Below are positions 40,082-50,212 of a stretch of 64,000 nucleotides of DNA, in pieces. Positions within the stretch are counted from its first letter, which is position 1; the number at the start of each line of letters is the position of its first letter. The DNA is from an uncultured Methanosarcinaceae archaeon (lineage in GTDB: Archaea; Halobacteriota; Methanosarcinia; Methanosarcinales; Methanosarcinaceae): assembly GCA_963721455.1 (NCBI GenBank), contig CAVRJG010000039.1, positions 32,001-96,000 of the forward strand, given 5' to 3'. The notes beneath the pieces were generated by a model. The model saw nothing but the letters and a program-made list of their open reading frames with translations. It was not told the origin of the DNA and ran no database searches. Both the position numbers and the translations under genes were made by a program.

Positions 40082-40427
40082 ATGAAAAAATGTAGAGGAA
40101 GACCAAAACGTCCGAGACGTGTTGAACAAATGCCTGATACCATGTACTTCAAGCCCGGAGGTTTCACGCTATCGGACCTGAAGTGTATCCCTTGCAGTAG
40201 AAGAGCTTGAAGCCCTGAAGCTTGTAGACGTTGAAGGTTTGAGACAGGAAGACGCAGCCCCAGAGCAGGGATATCAAGAAGGGTTTTCGGGGAAGATCTT
40301 AAGCTGCCAGGATGAAAGTATCTCTTGCCCTTACACAGGAAAAAAGATAGAGATAAAGGGCGGTAACTATATCAGGGCTGAGGGCTCTGACATTATTGAA
40401 GATACGGCACGTAAAAGAGAGATCTGA
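40082..40427 (+). pseudogene. DUF134 family putative DNA-binding protein, frameshifted
   Basis: [14 protein letters not shown] / [21 protein letters not shown] / GISR / ARMKV..AL / GKKIEIKGGNY spread over several frames. Confidence 0.8.
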
Positions 40428-40475
40428 AGACCGGAAAAAATTGAAGAATTCGGAAATTTACACAGGCGATAAAAA

Positions 40476-41318
40476 ATGACAGATAAGGTTCAACCACTGG
40501 AAAGCTTGTCAAAAAAGCCAGAGGAGCCAAAAATAGTAGTTAACCTCAGGCGCATCAAACGCAAGATAATGATAATGAGTGGGAAAGGCGGAGTAGGAAA
40601 AAGCACAGTTGCCGCAAACCTCGCTGCCGGGCTGGCCCTGCGCGGATATAGGGTGGGGCTTCTTGACTGCGATATCCACGGCCCGACTATTCCTACAATC
40701 TTTGGGCTGGAATCTGCAAAACTTGAAGTCAATGAAGAAGGAATTCTCCCTATTCAGGTACTTTCCAACCTTTCGGTGATGTCTATCGGTTTTCTCCTCG
40801 AGAATAAAGATTCCCCTATAATCTGGAGAGGGCCTGCCAAAATGGGAGCAATCAAGCAGTTCCTGGAAGAAGTTAGCTGGGGGGAACTCGATTTCCTTAT
40901 TATAGACCTGCCCCCGGGAACAGGAGACGAACCCCTGAGCGTGGCCCAGCTGATCCCCAATTGTGACGGCTCAGTGCTTGTTACGACCCCCCAGGACGTA
41001 GCCCTCATTAGCGTCCGAAAATCAATCAGATTTTCTGAAAAACTCAATGTGCCCATTATAGGGCTTGTTGACAATATGCATGAGCTTATCTGCCCCCACT
41101 GCGGCAAGCCAATAGAAGTATTCGGAACTGGAGGCGTGGAAAAAGCCTCAAAAGACTTCAATATCCCCATTCTTGCCAGGCTTCCGATTGAGCCCAAAGT
41201 CGCAGAAATGGAAGATAAGGGAACTGTCGTTCAGGGACTTCTTGAACAAAGTACTGAATGGCAAAAAAACTTTGAGGATGTTATAAGCGCTGTAGAAAAA
41301 ACCCTGAAGGAGAAGTAA
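40476..41318 (+). CDS. mrp: Mrp/NBP35 Fe-S cluster carrier ATPase
   Basis: SGKGGVGKST, DCDIHGP, WRGP, DLPPGTGD, VTTPQ and CPHC motifs. Confidence 0.92.
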   Translation: MTDKVQPLESLSKKPEEPKIVVNLRRIKRKIMIMSGKGGVGKSTVAANLAAGLALRGYRVGLLDCDIHGPTIPTIFGLESAKLEVNEEGILPIQVLSNLSVMSIGFLLENKDSPIIWRGPAKMGAIKQFLEEVSWGELDFLIIDLPPGTGDEPLSVAQLIPNCDGSVLVTTPQDVALISVRKSIRFSEKLNVPIIGLVDNMHELICPHCGKPIEVFGTGGVEKASKDFNIPILARLPIEPKVAEMEDKGTVVQGLLEQSTEWQKNFEDVISAVEKTLKEK

Positions 41319-41531
41319 GGCAGGATAAAAAGAGGGAAAGATTTACATATTTCCCTAATTACCTAATTTTTTCTCAATCAGCTAGCATTTCCTTAATAAA
41401 TTAGATTTTTCTCAATATCTCTCCTGCAGTTGAGACGCATATGAAAACTCATGAGTTGAACTGGGATGAGCTTATAGATTTCACTCTATATCTGATGCCG
41501 CAGTCCATTGAAAATAAAGTAAGGTGATAAT

Positions 41532-42149
41532 GTGGTAGCAGAAGATATTTGGTCACACTTCGGAATGTGGTGGGCAGTTGCTCTGTGGATAATCATCTAC
41601 GGAGTGTTCCTCCTATTTGTGCCGTTCTATAAAAAAAGTCAGATGAAACCTTCTGGAGTTTACGTGGCATTTATTGTCGCATTTGCACTTGAAATGTTCG
41701 GTATACCGTTTAGCATGTTCGCTATTGGATGGCTCTTTGGCTTTACTCTGCCCGAAGGTATATTGTGGGGCCATACACTCGTGCAATATATCGGCTTCTG
41801 GGGAATGTATGTCGGAATTCTCATATCGCTGACTGGAGTTGCACTGGTTATATCAGGCTGGAACCGTATCCATAAGGATTACTGGAGTAAGGATGAAGGT
41901 CAGGGGAAACTCGTTACAAGCGGTATTTACAAATATATTCGCCATCCGCAGTACACAGGCTTTTTCATGATAACCCTGGGAATGATGTTAGAGTGGGCTA
42001 CGCTGCCTCTTATAATATTGTACTCTTTGCTTCTTGTCCTGTATTACAGGCTGGCAAAAAAAGAGGAAAAAGACATAGAACAGGAGTTTGGCAACGAATA
42101 TATTGAATATAAACAGAAAACAAAGATGTTCATCCCATACATTATCTAA
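41532..42149 (+). CDS. Isoprenylcysteine carboxyl methyltransferase family membrane protein
   Basis: LVTSGIYKYIRHPQYTG, EE..EFG.EY..Y and FIP motifs. Confidence 0.85.
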   Translation: MVAEDIWSHFGMWWAVALWIIIYGVFLLFVPFYKKSQMKPSGVYVAFIVAFALEMFGIPFSMFAIGWLFGFTLPEGILWGHTLVQYIGFWGMYVGILISLTGVALVISGWNRIHKDYWSKDEGQGKLVTSGIYKYIRHPQYTGFFMITLGMMLEWATLPLIILYSLLLVLYYRLAKKEEKDIEQEFGNEYIEYKQKTKMFIPYII

Positions 42150-42298
42150 GGCTACCCTGGCAAAAACTCTATTTCTTTTTTATCATGCACGCTGACATAA
42201 GTCGTTTCTCTACTTTTTATTACTTTTTTATCTGTATTATATTTACACTTCAATTTTCAACTTATCCTGCTTCTTTAGTTCTCCGGACCTAAACTTTT

Positions 42299-42949
42299 TT
42301 AAATAAACCACTGATAATGGTTCTGGCGGATCATCCAGAGCCCGACCAGGATGAGCACTATTCCCGCTCCTTTTTTGAAAACCACATCCCACTTTGATAT
42401 AAACCGAATTTTTGAGGATGAATAGTGGGCTGAGTATGCTAAAAAGAGCATTGGCATCGCAAATCCAAGCGAATAAATTGAGAGAGTAAGTGCTCCCGTA
42501 GTAGCATTTCCTTCCAGAGCTACCATGGTCAGGATCGAGCCTAGAATTGGTCCTACACAAGGGATCCAGAGAACACCGAGGGAAAGGCCAAGCAAGAAGC
42601 CTGAAACAGGTCCTTCGTCATTCATTTTTCCCAGAAGGGGAAACTTCGAAAATGAATTGAAAAGGCTTATATCAAAGAGTAGTGCGAAGCCCAGTATGAG
42701 AATCAAGATTTCTGCCAGAATCTTCAGCTGACCTGTGTACGTATGGAAAACTGCCCCAAAGGCAGAGGTTACCACTCCCATTACAGTGAAGGATATCGAG
42801 ACTCCAAGCACTATCGCAAGAGGTCTAAACTTGCTTTTTCCTGCGGATGTTGCCAGGACAGCAGGCAGAAGAGGAAGGATGCAGGGGGACAGGACACTGA
42901 GAATTCCTGCTCCAAATGCAGCCACCGGGGAAATAGCTTCATAATACAT
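42299..42949 (-). CDS. ccdA: CcdA-type membrane disulfide reductase
   Basis: LSPCILPLLP and WIPCVGPILG Cys pair within TM helices. Confidence 0.9.
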   Translation of the reverse strand: MYYEAISPVAAFGAGILSVLSPCILPLLPAVLATSAGKSKFRPLAIVLGVSISFTVMGVVTSAFGAVFHTYTGQLKILAEILILILGFALLFDISLFNSFSKFPLLGKMNDEGPVSGFLLGLSLGVLWIPCVGPILGSILTMVALEGNATTGALTLSIYSLGFAMPMLFLAYSAHYSSSKIRFISKWDVVFKKGAGIVLILVGLWMIRQNHYQWFI

Positions 42950-43089
42950 GGTTCTTCGGATTTGTTGTTTTTAAGTTTGTTTTTATACAGTGCGGTTTTT
43001 ACCGGATCTTTGTTTCTACAGTTGCCGGAAACCTTGACTTTAAGTGTATATGGGTTCTGAAGATAAGTCTGGTCACAGGCTTCTTTTCA

Positions 43090-43593
43090 TTAAGATTTGT
43101 CTTTCTCCGCCTGGAGAAGGGCGAGATTCAGAACATCTTCAAATACGCCTTTTTCCGTGAGGCCGGTAATCCTTGCCTTGAACCTATCTGTGGTAACGTT
43201 TCCGTCCGGCTTCATGTAGACATATTCTCCGTCTGTAACATTCATAATTACAGTTGAATCAGGGATATAGCCTATTCCGAAATAAACTGCAAGCTGGGGA
43301 CTCCTGTCTATGTCTACGGAGATAACCTTGGCTCTCCCTCCGTATTCTGTTGCCAGTTCTTGAAGCATGGGCTTCATATCCTTGCATGGTCCGCAGTTTT
43401 CAGACCCAATTTTCATAAGAACCGGCCCCTGCTGGAGGGATGCGTTTATCTGTTCAAGGTTGGTCACTTCAACAACACTACTTCCTTCCTGAATTGCCTG
43501 GGCATTTGTGGGATTTTCCTGACTTTTTTCAGTACAGCCCGCAGCAAAGACTACAGCTGCGAGGAGGATCAATAGTATAACTAATTTCTTCAT
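43090..43593 (-). CDS. Extracytoplasmic thioredoxin-family lipoprotein
   Basis: Lipobox-like FAAGC signal; CGPC active site; upstream of ccdA. Confidence 0.87.
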   Translation of the reverse strand: MKKLVILLILLAAVVFAAGCTEKSQENPTNAQAIQEGSSVVEVTNLEQINASLQQGPVLMKIGSENCGPCKDMKPMLQELATEYGGRAKVISVDIDRSPQLAVYFGIGYIPDSTVIMNVTDGEYVYMKPDGNVTTDRFKARITGLTEKGVFEDVLNLALLQAEKDKS

Positions 43594-43883
43594 GTTCTCA
43601 ACATTAATTTTTTATTTTGTAATTCTTTGCACATTATATGTTAATAATTCTCTCTTCTCACAAATAATTTTACTTTATGTTGATTCTGAAATCTTAATTC
43701 TGATGTAGAATTATCGATAAACCTCAAATAATTAACCGTAAAAAAGATAGATACATGTAAGTTTAAGAAATTCGACTTCGTATGAAAAAATATATTAAAA
43801 AAACTTTAAGCGACAGAATTATAAACAAAAATGTAAGAGAAAATATTAAAAAGTAGGGGAAAGAGAGTAGTATCTAATTAGTT

Positions 43884-44448
43884 CTAATAGCCGAGGTTGG
43901 CTAATTGAGGGAAAGTTAACAGATTGAGAATACTCTGGATAGAAGAAGCCATCAAAATAGTGGATTTTACAGGATCAAAATCATCTTTTACTGTCCCATC
44001 CGTTATTCCTTCACGAATAGCTTCTACCACCATACAGAAACTATCTGTTCTGATAGCTTTTAACTCAATCCCCTTCTCAGGAAAATCCATATCGCCCTGA
44101 TATCTGGGAGTACGGGCTCGCCATGTAATGACAAAGATACTTTTTATAGAATTCATAAAAAGCTAAAGTAAGCGATTTAAGTTTCTCGATCCCTGTCTTT
44201 TTTTCTGAGGAATATTCTTTCAGTATCGGATTGAATATTCTTGAGCTGCGAATAGCGATGGCAAGGTGTATGTTATCTTTAGTCTTGGAGTACAGATATA
44301 GTGTCGCTTTTGCCAGTTCTGCCTCCCTCGCTATATCCTCCATAGTGACATTTTCAGAGCCTCTGGAGAAGAAAAGTTTCTCGGCGGCGTCAATAATATC
44401 GTTGCGCCTTCTCTCCTTTTATCTCTCTTTTTTATCAGTGTTTGACAT
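43884..44448 (-). pseudogene. TetR/AcrR transcriptional regulator, frameshifted
   Basis: RRNDIIDAAEKLFFS...VTMEDIAREAELAKATLYLY HTH; in-frame stop near the start, and C-terminus (IREGITDGT..D.DP) in another frame. Confidence 0.78.
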
Positions 44449-44774
44449 ATATCGCTTTTTTGTGATGATGCTAGAATAAATTGAAATGTTAATTGATAAC
44501 ACAACGCCATTTCACTGACATAACGTCAGTTATTATTTAATATATTTCACTTTATTCGAAAAAAAATTATGCAACTATCGGTAAATTGCATCAATATATG
44601 CATAAGATTCCTAAAAAGAAAATAGCTTGAATCATTAACTGCCTGAAAGAGAAAAAAGAAAAGGACTAAAAAGGTTTGTCAAGCCCTTAGTCTTAATCTG
44701 TTGGGTATAAAATTCAATACACAAAAGGCCAGATTTTCGGATTACTAAATCCTTTAAAAGCAATTATAATGCGC

Positions 44775-45347
44775 TTATTTTTCCATACTCATAGACGCAT
44801 ACTTGAAGTTAGACAGACTGGAATAGGAACTAATTCCAAGATCCAAGCCGTTTATATTCCCTGTGGATGTGGCCTCCCTAGAACTCGAACTGTCACTGCT
44901 CCTCCACGTGTAGTCGCCACCTTTTGAGCTAGAGGAATAGGAGCCTTTTGTAATATCTCCCGTACCAGTCCAGTCGGCCTCGACGGTCACAGTTTCCATT
45001 TCACCTGTATTCCAGTCATTGACATTAATCTCAACCTCAGACAGGCTTGCAGAATTGAGCTTTTTATCTATGCTGAAAACATCATCCTCTGTAAACATGT
45101 ATCCCCACTTCTCTGACCAATAATCTGGTCCATAGGTATAGGTATCCAGGTAAATATCAGTCCCATCATTAGTCTCAGTTACAGATAGGTATGTAGTGGT
45201 AGTTATATCGCCGTTCGTGTCAGTCCAGTCTGTAGATGCAGATGCACCGTTGTGCCGCTCCATTGTTTTAGATTCAAGCGCTTGTGCACCCATAGCCATT
45301 GAAAGCAAGACTGCAAGAGCAAATATTATTGCAAATGATTTTCTCAT
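44775..45347 (-). CDS. Secreted Ser/Thr-rich hypothetical protein
   Basis: Classical signal peptide MRKSFAIIFALAVLLSMAMGAQA; GGAG SD; beta-rich polar mature region. Confidence 0.8.
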   Translation of the reverse strand: MRKSFAIIFALAVLLSMAMGAQALESKTMERHNGASASTDWTDTNGDITTTTYLSVTETNDGTDIYLDTYTYGPDYWSEKWGYMFTEDDVFSIDKKLNSASLSEVEINVNDWNTGEMETVTVEADWTGTGDITKGSYSSSSKGGDYTWRSSDSSSSREATSTGNINGLDLGISSYSSLSNFKYASMSMEK

Positions 45348-45610
45348 TGTATATCTCCTTGAAATAATAATATTTTAATTAATATATGCAGGCATAATTT
45401 CCTTAAAATAAAAGTTGCATATATTGGGGGTTGTTGGCTGCTAGAAGCCCAATCTAAATTGGTATAAAAGTATAAAAAGACTATGTAAATATATTTCAAC
45501 TGTAAAATAAAAATCATTCTAAAAAACTTTAAATAAAAAATTAAAATAATAAAATAGTTGTCAGCAAAAGTAGGGTTGGAAAACGACTTTATAAAAAATC
45601 CTCTTTAGAT

Positions 45611-45665
45611 GACATTCTACTTGAACTGAAATCACACTCCTGAGTTTGGGATTCAAGTAGATACC
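45611..45665. repeat. ~55-bp palindromic mini-element (possible IS1-type end derivative)
   Basis: TCTACTTGAA ... TTCAAGTAGA inverted repeat; right end reads GGTA on the minus strand. Confidence 0.5.
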
Positions 45666-45725
45666 TTGGATAAGTTTGAGATTTCTACAAAGCCGAAGAC
45701 TTAGCATTTAAAAAACCTTATTCAT

Positions 45726-46205
45726 TTATTTTCCATATTTGAATAAATAGATTGCGAAGAAGACATCAGGCATACGAACTTATTCCAAGATCGGAGTTGT
45801 TTATACTCCTGTGGCTGAAGCCTGTTTGTGACTGAATGCTACTCTTCGAGACATAATCACCATGTGTTGAACTGGATTTAAATGACCCGTTGAGACATCG
45901 CCCTCACCCGTACAGTCAGCTTTGACAGTCACGATCTCTGTTTCACGCATATAGTATTGACATCAATCTCGACCTCAGAAAGGCTTGCAGAATTGAGCTT
46001 TTTATCTACCTTAAAAACACTATCCTTGTGAACGTAGCTGACTTCGAGTAAATATTTTAGCAGAAGTTCTGAGAGTTTCATACGTAATGTCGAAAGACTT
46101 TAGTCCATCATCGGTTTCAGTTACAGATAGATAGTTATTGTTTATTTTTCCAGCTTGAATAAGTAGATTCAGAAGAAGACACCGAGGCATACGAACTTAT
46201 TCCAA
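45726..46205 (-). pseudogene. Decayed tandem paralog(s) of the secreted protein 44775-45347
   Basis: Shares AGGCTTGCAGAATTGAGCTTTTTATCTA (DKKLNSASL), YLSVTET and the MEx* ending; 46157-46205 repeats 45741-45788 as a third fragment. Confidence 0.78.
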
Positions 46206-46271
46206 AAAATCAGAATAAAGCTGAAAATACAAACTGAGGCCAGGGTAAAGAAAGGAAAATTGGAGAAAGTA

Positions 46272-47003
46272 TTATTCTTCACTTTCTCTTGCGATTGCAA
46301 CAAGCTCATTTACGCATGCAACTGCCATCGGGGTTCCGCCTCTTGTCCCGACACAGCTAATAGAGGGTACAGGAATTTTCAGGTTTCTGACCATTTCCCT
46401 GGATTCGGCTGCATTTACGAAACCTACAGGAAGCCCGATAATAAGGGCTGGCCTTACACCTTTTTCAATCAGTTTGCAGACCATGATGAGAGCAGAAGGT
46501 GCATTCCCGATTGCAATAATGCTCCCATCGAGCTGATCACGGGCAGCCAGGAAACCTGCTGATGTGCGGGTAATTCCGTATTCGCCGGCGATTTCGGCAT
46601 TCGGGTCTTCATCGAGCACGCAAATAATTTCGGATTTGTGCCCTGCCTTTGTAATCCCGGCTTTTACCATGTTGATATCCACGAAGATAGGTGCGCCTTT
46701 TTTAATCGCTTCCACGCCTGCTGGAATGGGATCATGCAGAAAACGCATGATATCTGCCACGGAAAGGTCTCCGGTAGCAATAACGCAGCGCTGGCGGAAG
46801 CGGTCTTCAGGCGTTTTGTTCCCGATAAGCTCCTGGATCATTGTCCGGCTTTTCATGTAGATAGCTTTGGCTTCTTCGGTCCTTGCCCCGGAATCCTTGC
46901 AGATTTTTACAAGTTCGGGATCAACGTCCACAGTCAGCTCGGTAAATTCCTCAAGGTTCTCAAGGTTTCCGGCCTTCTCATTAGCGCTCTTTTCAGTAGT
47001 CAT
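46272..47003 (-). CDS. cbiC: Cobalt-precorrin-8 methylmutase
   Basis: R...ATGD, D.NMV..GI, ITRT, IGNAPSAL, PVGFVNAAES and GTRGGTPMA motifs. Confidence 0.92.
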   Translation of the reverse strand: MTTEKSANEKAGNLENLEEFTELTVDVDPELVKICKDSGARTEEAKAIYMKSRTMIQELIGNKTPEDRFRQRCVIATGDLSVADIMRFLHDPIPAGVEAIKKGAPIFVDINMVKAGITKAGHKSEIICVLDEDPNAEIAGEYGITRTSAGFLAARDQLDGSIIAIGNAPSALIMVCKLIEKGVRPALIIGLPVGFVNAAESREMVRNLKIPVPSISCVGTRGGTPMAVACVNELVAIARESEE

Positions 47004-47793
47004 ACTTCCTGTGATACCCCCTGGGAGTGATTATAAAATCCTTCTTTTGAGAATTCCAGATTCTGGAATCTCCATTTCCAACAAGAATCGTGGTGCTCAT
47101 ATCCACCCAGTCTTCGTATTCCATGACCTTTCCAAGAGTTGTTACAATCCTGCCCTCGCCTTCTCCCCTGAGAGCGTTCTTCACAAGCCCTACGGGCACG
47201 GATTCAGCCTTGTACTGGCGAATGATTTCGATAGCTCTTGAAAAGTTAGACTGTCTCTTGCGGCTCTTCGGATTGTAGAGAGCCATCACGAAATCGGCTT
47301 CTGCAGCAAGATTAAGCCGTTTTTCAATGACTTCCCATGGAGTCAGGAGGTCACTGAGGCTGATCACTGCAAAATCCGTTACAACAGGTGCGCCGAGCAT
47401 ACTTGCGCCGGCTAGAATTGCCGTGACACCGGGAAGAATCTCTATATCAACTTCAAGGCTTTCGTGTTCAGCAACCTCGAGTACAATACCTGCCATGCCG
47501 TAGACATTGGTATCACCGCCGCTGACCATGACAACATTTGCGACTTTTGCAAGTTCCACAGCCTTCCTGGCCCTGTCCACCTCCTTACCCATGTAGCTGC
47601 GGATTACTTCCTGAGTTCCGAGGAGACTCTCTATCTGGTCCAGGTAAGTACCGTTCCCGAGCACGTAATCGGCATTAAGGATTACATCCCTGGCTTTAAC
47701 CGTCATCTGTTCCACAGACCCCGGCCCTATCCCTACGATGTAGAGTTTTCCTCCGGTTGCCTTATCTTGCGATTGCGATTGTGACTCTGCCAT
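46993..47793 (-). CDS. cbiH: Cobalt-precorrin-3B C17-methyltransferase
   Basis: VGIGPG, VSGGD..VYGMA, ISLSDLLTPW, LYNPKS, VDMST and TPRGY motifs. Confidence 0.93.
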   Translation of the reverse strand: MAESQSQSQDKATGGKLYIVGIGPGSVEQMTVKARDVILNADYVLGNGTYLDQIESLLGTQEVIRSYMGKEVDRARKAVELAKVANVVMVSGGDTNVYGMAGIVLEVAEHESLEVDIEILPGVTAILAGASMLGAPVVTDFAVISLSDLLTPWEVIEKRLNLAAEADFVMALYNPKSRKRQSNFSRAIEIIRQYKAESVPVGLVKNALRGEGEGRIVTTLGKVMEYEDWVDMSTTILVGNGDSRIWNSQKKDFIITPRGYHRKYDY

Positions 47794-48115
47794 AGACTTT
47801 CTTCCTGCAAATCAATTGTTTTTCTTCAGAGAGGGCAAGAGCTGCCGGTTCTGCAACTCCTTTTAGTCCGAAGCGGGAAGCCTGGGATGATGAAGGGGGA
47901 TTGTAACTGTTTATCAGCTCATCCGGCAAAAAGTCTACCGGAATGCCAAGCATCTCTCCCGCTTCCAGAAGCCCCAGTTCATTTTCCTTAAGTTTCGCAG
48001 ACGCAAAAGCCGTAACCTCTTCCAGGTTCAGGCCGCACTCATCGAGAGCCTGTTTCACGGCTTCGATGACCTCTTCTTTTGTAATGCCCCTGCGAGTTCC
48101 GATTCCAATGATCAT
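47762..48115 (-). CDS. cbiG: CbiG C-terminal domain (split cobalt-precorrin-5A hydrolase)
   Basis: IGIGTRRG, K..E.GL, GVAEPAAL and K...VTIAIA motifs. Confidence 0.85.
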   Translation of the reverse strand: MIIGIGTRRGITKEEVIEAVKQALDECGLNLEEVTAFASAKLKENELGLLEAGEMLGIPVDFLPDELINSYNPPSSSQASRFGLKGVAEPAALALSEEKQLICRKKVYGRVTIAIAR

Positions 48116-48197
48116 CTGTTATCGTCTGTCCGCTGATTTTTCATGCAGTTACTGACCGGTTAATTCGCGTAATGCAGATCAGTTAATTATTGGCTTA

Positions 48198-48767
48198 TTA
48201 CCGGTTAGCTGTGCTGCTGTCTTTCACTTCTGCTGTTTCCTGCCGCTTTCTTACCAGCACGGATACATCTTCATCCACAACAACGATCCTGGGCCCCTTA
48301 ACCTCAAGAACCTCTATTTCCTGGTCAAGGAGTGCACAGTTTACAGCTACAGTGGATTCTTTGTTGAAAATCTCGCAGCCTAACCTGTCGGCAATGCCCT
48401 CGACTGAGGGTTTACCATGAACTTCAGTCGCTGTCGTAAGCACGGGAACTGCTCCGAGTTCTGAAACCTTTCGAGCAACTTCATTTGCGCCGTGATGCCC
48501 CCCAAGGAGAGGGATTGCGAAGTTCAGGTTTGAATCCACCACGACCACCGCAGGGTCAGACCACTTATTATCGAGAAGAGGGGCAATGTCCCTGACCACA
48601 ATGCCTGTGGCGAAGACAGCAACTATTGCCCCATAATTTTTAAAAGCTTTTTCGAATACTCCCTTTTCATAGAGAAGCAGGTCGGCGTTCAGGTGTTCTG
48701 CGATTCTTGCCGCGATTTCCCGATTCCTTTCAAAGGTAATTACAACGGTTCCTGGGCCACTCCGTAT
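48198..48767 (-). CDS. cbiG: CbiG N-terminal/central domain; probable non-canonical ATA start
   Basis: Frame is open upstream of the ORF-track start and includes conserved [43 protein letters not shown]; AGGAGGT lies 7 nt before ATA at 48767. Confidence 0.8.
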   Translation of the reverse strand: MRSGPGTVVITFERNREIAARIAEHLNADLLLYEKGVFEKAFKNYGAIVAVFATGIVVRDIAPLLDNKWSDPAVVVVDSNLNFAIPLLGGHHGANEVARKVSELGAVPVLTTATEVHGKPSVEGIADRLGCEIFNKESTVAVNCALLDQEIEVLEVKGPRIVVVDEDVSVLVRKRQETAEVKDSSTANR

Positions 48768-49468
48768 AAGTAGGACCTCCTGTAGTTTTTAGGGTCAACG
48801 ACTCCACCGATAATTATCATTGCCGAGCGCGTAATTCCTGCATCCTTCACCTTGTCTGCGATATCTTCCACTGTCCCGGTGATGACTTCCTCATCTTCCC
48901 AGGAAGCGTGAAACACTACTGCAACAGGCGTATCTTTCGGGCAGCGGACTTTTTCCATAATTTCCCTGATTTTCTGGGTCCCAAGGAAAATTGCCATCGT
49001 AGTATTGTAGGCAGAAAGCTCGGGAATAAGGTCTTTTTCCAGGGTTTTTCCAGCAGGGCGGGTAATTATGAGAGTATCGGAAACGCCGTTGAGTGTGAGC
49101 TGGGTACCAAGAGCTGCTGCGCTTGCAAAAACCGATGAAACACCTGCTACTCTTTCAACTTCGATATCGTAATTCTTAAGTTCTTCCATCTGCTCTATGA
49201 CGGAACCGTAGAGAGACGGGTCTCCGCTGTGGAGGCGAACAACGAACTTTCCTGCGTCTACAGCATCCGCAATTATTTTAGTGGTCTCTTCGAGAGTCAA
49301 CCCATAGCTGTCTACTGTCTCTCCCTGCGTGTAATTAAGGACCTCGGGATTTACCAGAGAGCCTGCATACATTACAAGGTCGGCTTTTTCAAGCATCTCA
49401 CGCCCGAGCACGGTGATGAGTTTGGGGTTTCCCGGGCCTGCCCCTACAAAATATACTTTTCGTTCCAT
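48740..49468 (-). CDS. cbiF: Cobalt-precorrin-4 C11-methyltransferase
   Basis: [32 protein letters not shown] and RSYLY motifs. Confidence 0.93.
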   Translation of the reverse strand: MERKVYFVGAGPGNPKLITVLGREMLEKADLVMYAGSLVNPEVLNYTQGETVDSYGLTLEETTKIIADAVDAGKFVVRLHSGDPSLYGSVIEQMEELKNYDIEVERVAGVSSVFASAAALGTQLTLNGVSDTLIITRPAGKTLEKDLIPELSAYNTTMAIFLGTQKIREIMEKVRCPKDTPVAVVFHASWEDEEVITGTVEDIADKVKDAGITRSAMIIIGGVVDPKNYRRSYLYGVAQEPL

Positions 49469-49541
49469 CTGAACATTCCCTTTGCCTGTATTTATTCCAA
49501 AATTATGTACTGATTCCCGCAGAATATTATTTGGAATGATT

Positions 49542-50150
49542 TCATTTCTTTCCGTAGATAATACTGAAATAGTTCCCTTTTTCCGGGATCTCTTCTTTCT
49601 TGCGGATTATAATTTCGTTGTCCGAAAAGAGTCTTTCTGCAAAGATGAATTCCCTGTATCCTTCAGCTTCAAGCTGTTTAACTATCGTTTTCGGGTGCGT
49701 AGCCTTCAGGTGAATCTTGTAGCCGACCTCGGAACCGTCACTGACCTCAAAAGAACTCTCAACTGCAACGTCGGTCCTGGCAGCAAAGGAGGTAATCGAA
49801 CTTATTCCAGGCACAGTTGCGAGCTCAACATCCGGATAGTGCTTGCGCATTACTTTTTTGAGATGGGAGAAAGTAGAGAAAAAGTTTGGGTCACCTATAA
49901 GCCCGAATGCTACAGTTCCCTTTCTCGCTTCTTCTGCTATCCTGTCAGCGTTTTCTTTCCAGAGAGCATTGAGAACTTCAATATCTCTTATCATGGGAAA
50001 CTCGAGGATTTCAGCGTCTGCGTAAGGAGCCACAAGATCTTTTGCCAGGCGGCCCGGCACATACACCTTATCACTGTTTTTCAAAACATCTACCGCTTTC
50101 AGGGTCAGAAGTTCAGGGTCTCCGGGACCAAGTCCTACTCCTATTAACAT
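49542..50150 (-). CDS. cbiL: Cobalt-factor II C20-methyltransferase
   Basis: [28 protein letters not shown] and VPGISS motifs; start at MLIG. Confidence 0.9.
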   Translation of the reverse strand: MLIGVGLGPGDPELLTLKAVDVLKNSDKVYVPGRLAKDLVAPYADAEILEFPMIRDIEVLNALWKENADRIAEEARKGTVAFGLIGDPNFFSTFSHLKKVMRKHYPDVELATVPGISSITSFAARTDVAVESSFEVSDGSEVGYKIHLKATHPKTIVKQLEAEGYREFIFAERLFSDNEIIIRKKEEIPEKGNYFSIIYGKK

Positions 50151-50212
50151 GCTATCGCTCCGTAAGTTTATAAAAATAAATGTAAAGCAAAATTTCAATT
50201 ATAAGATAATAT

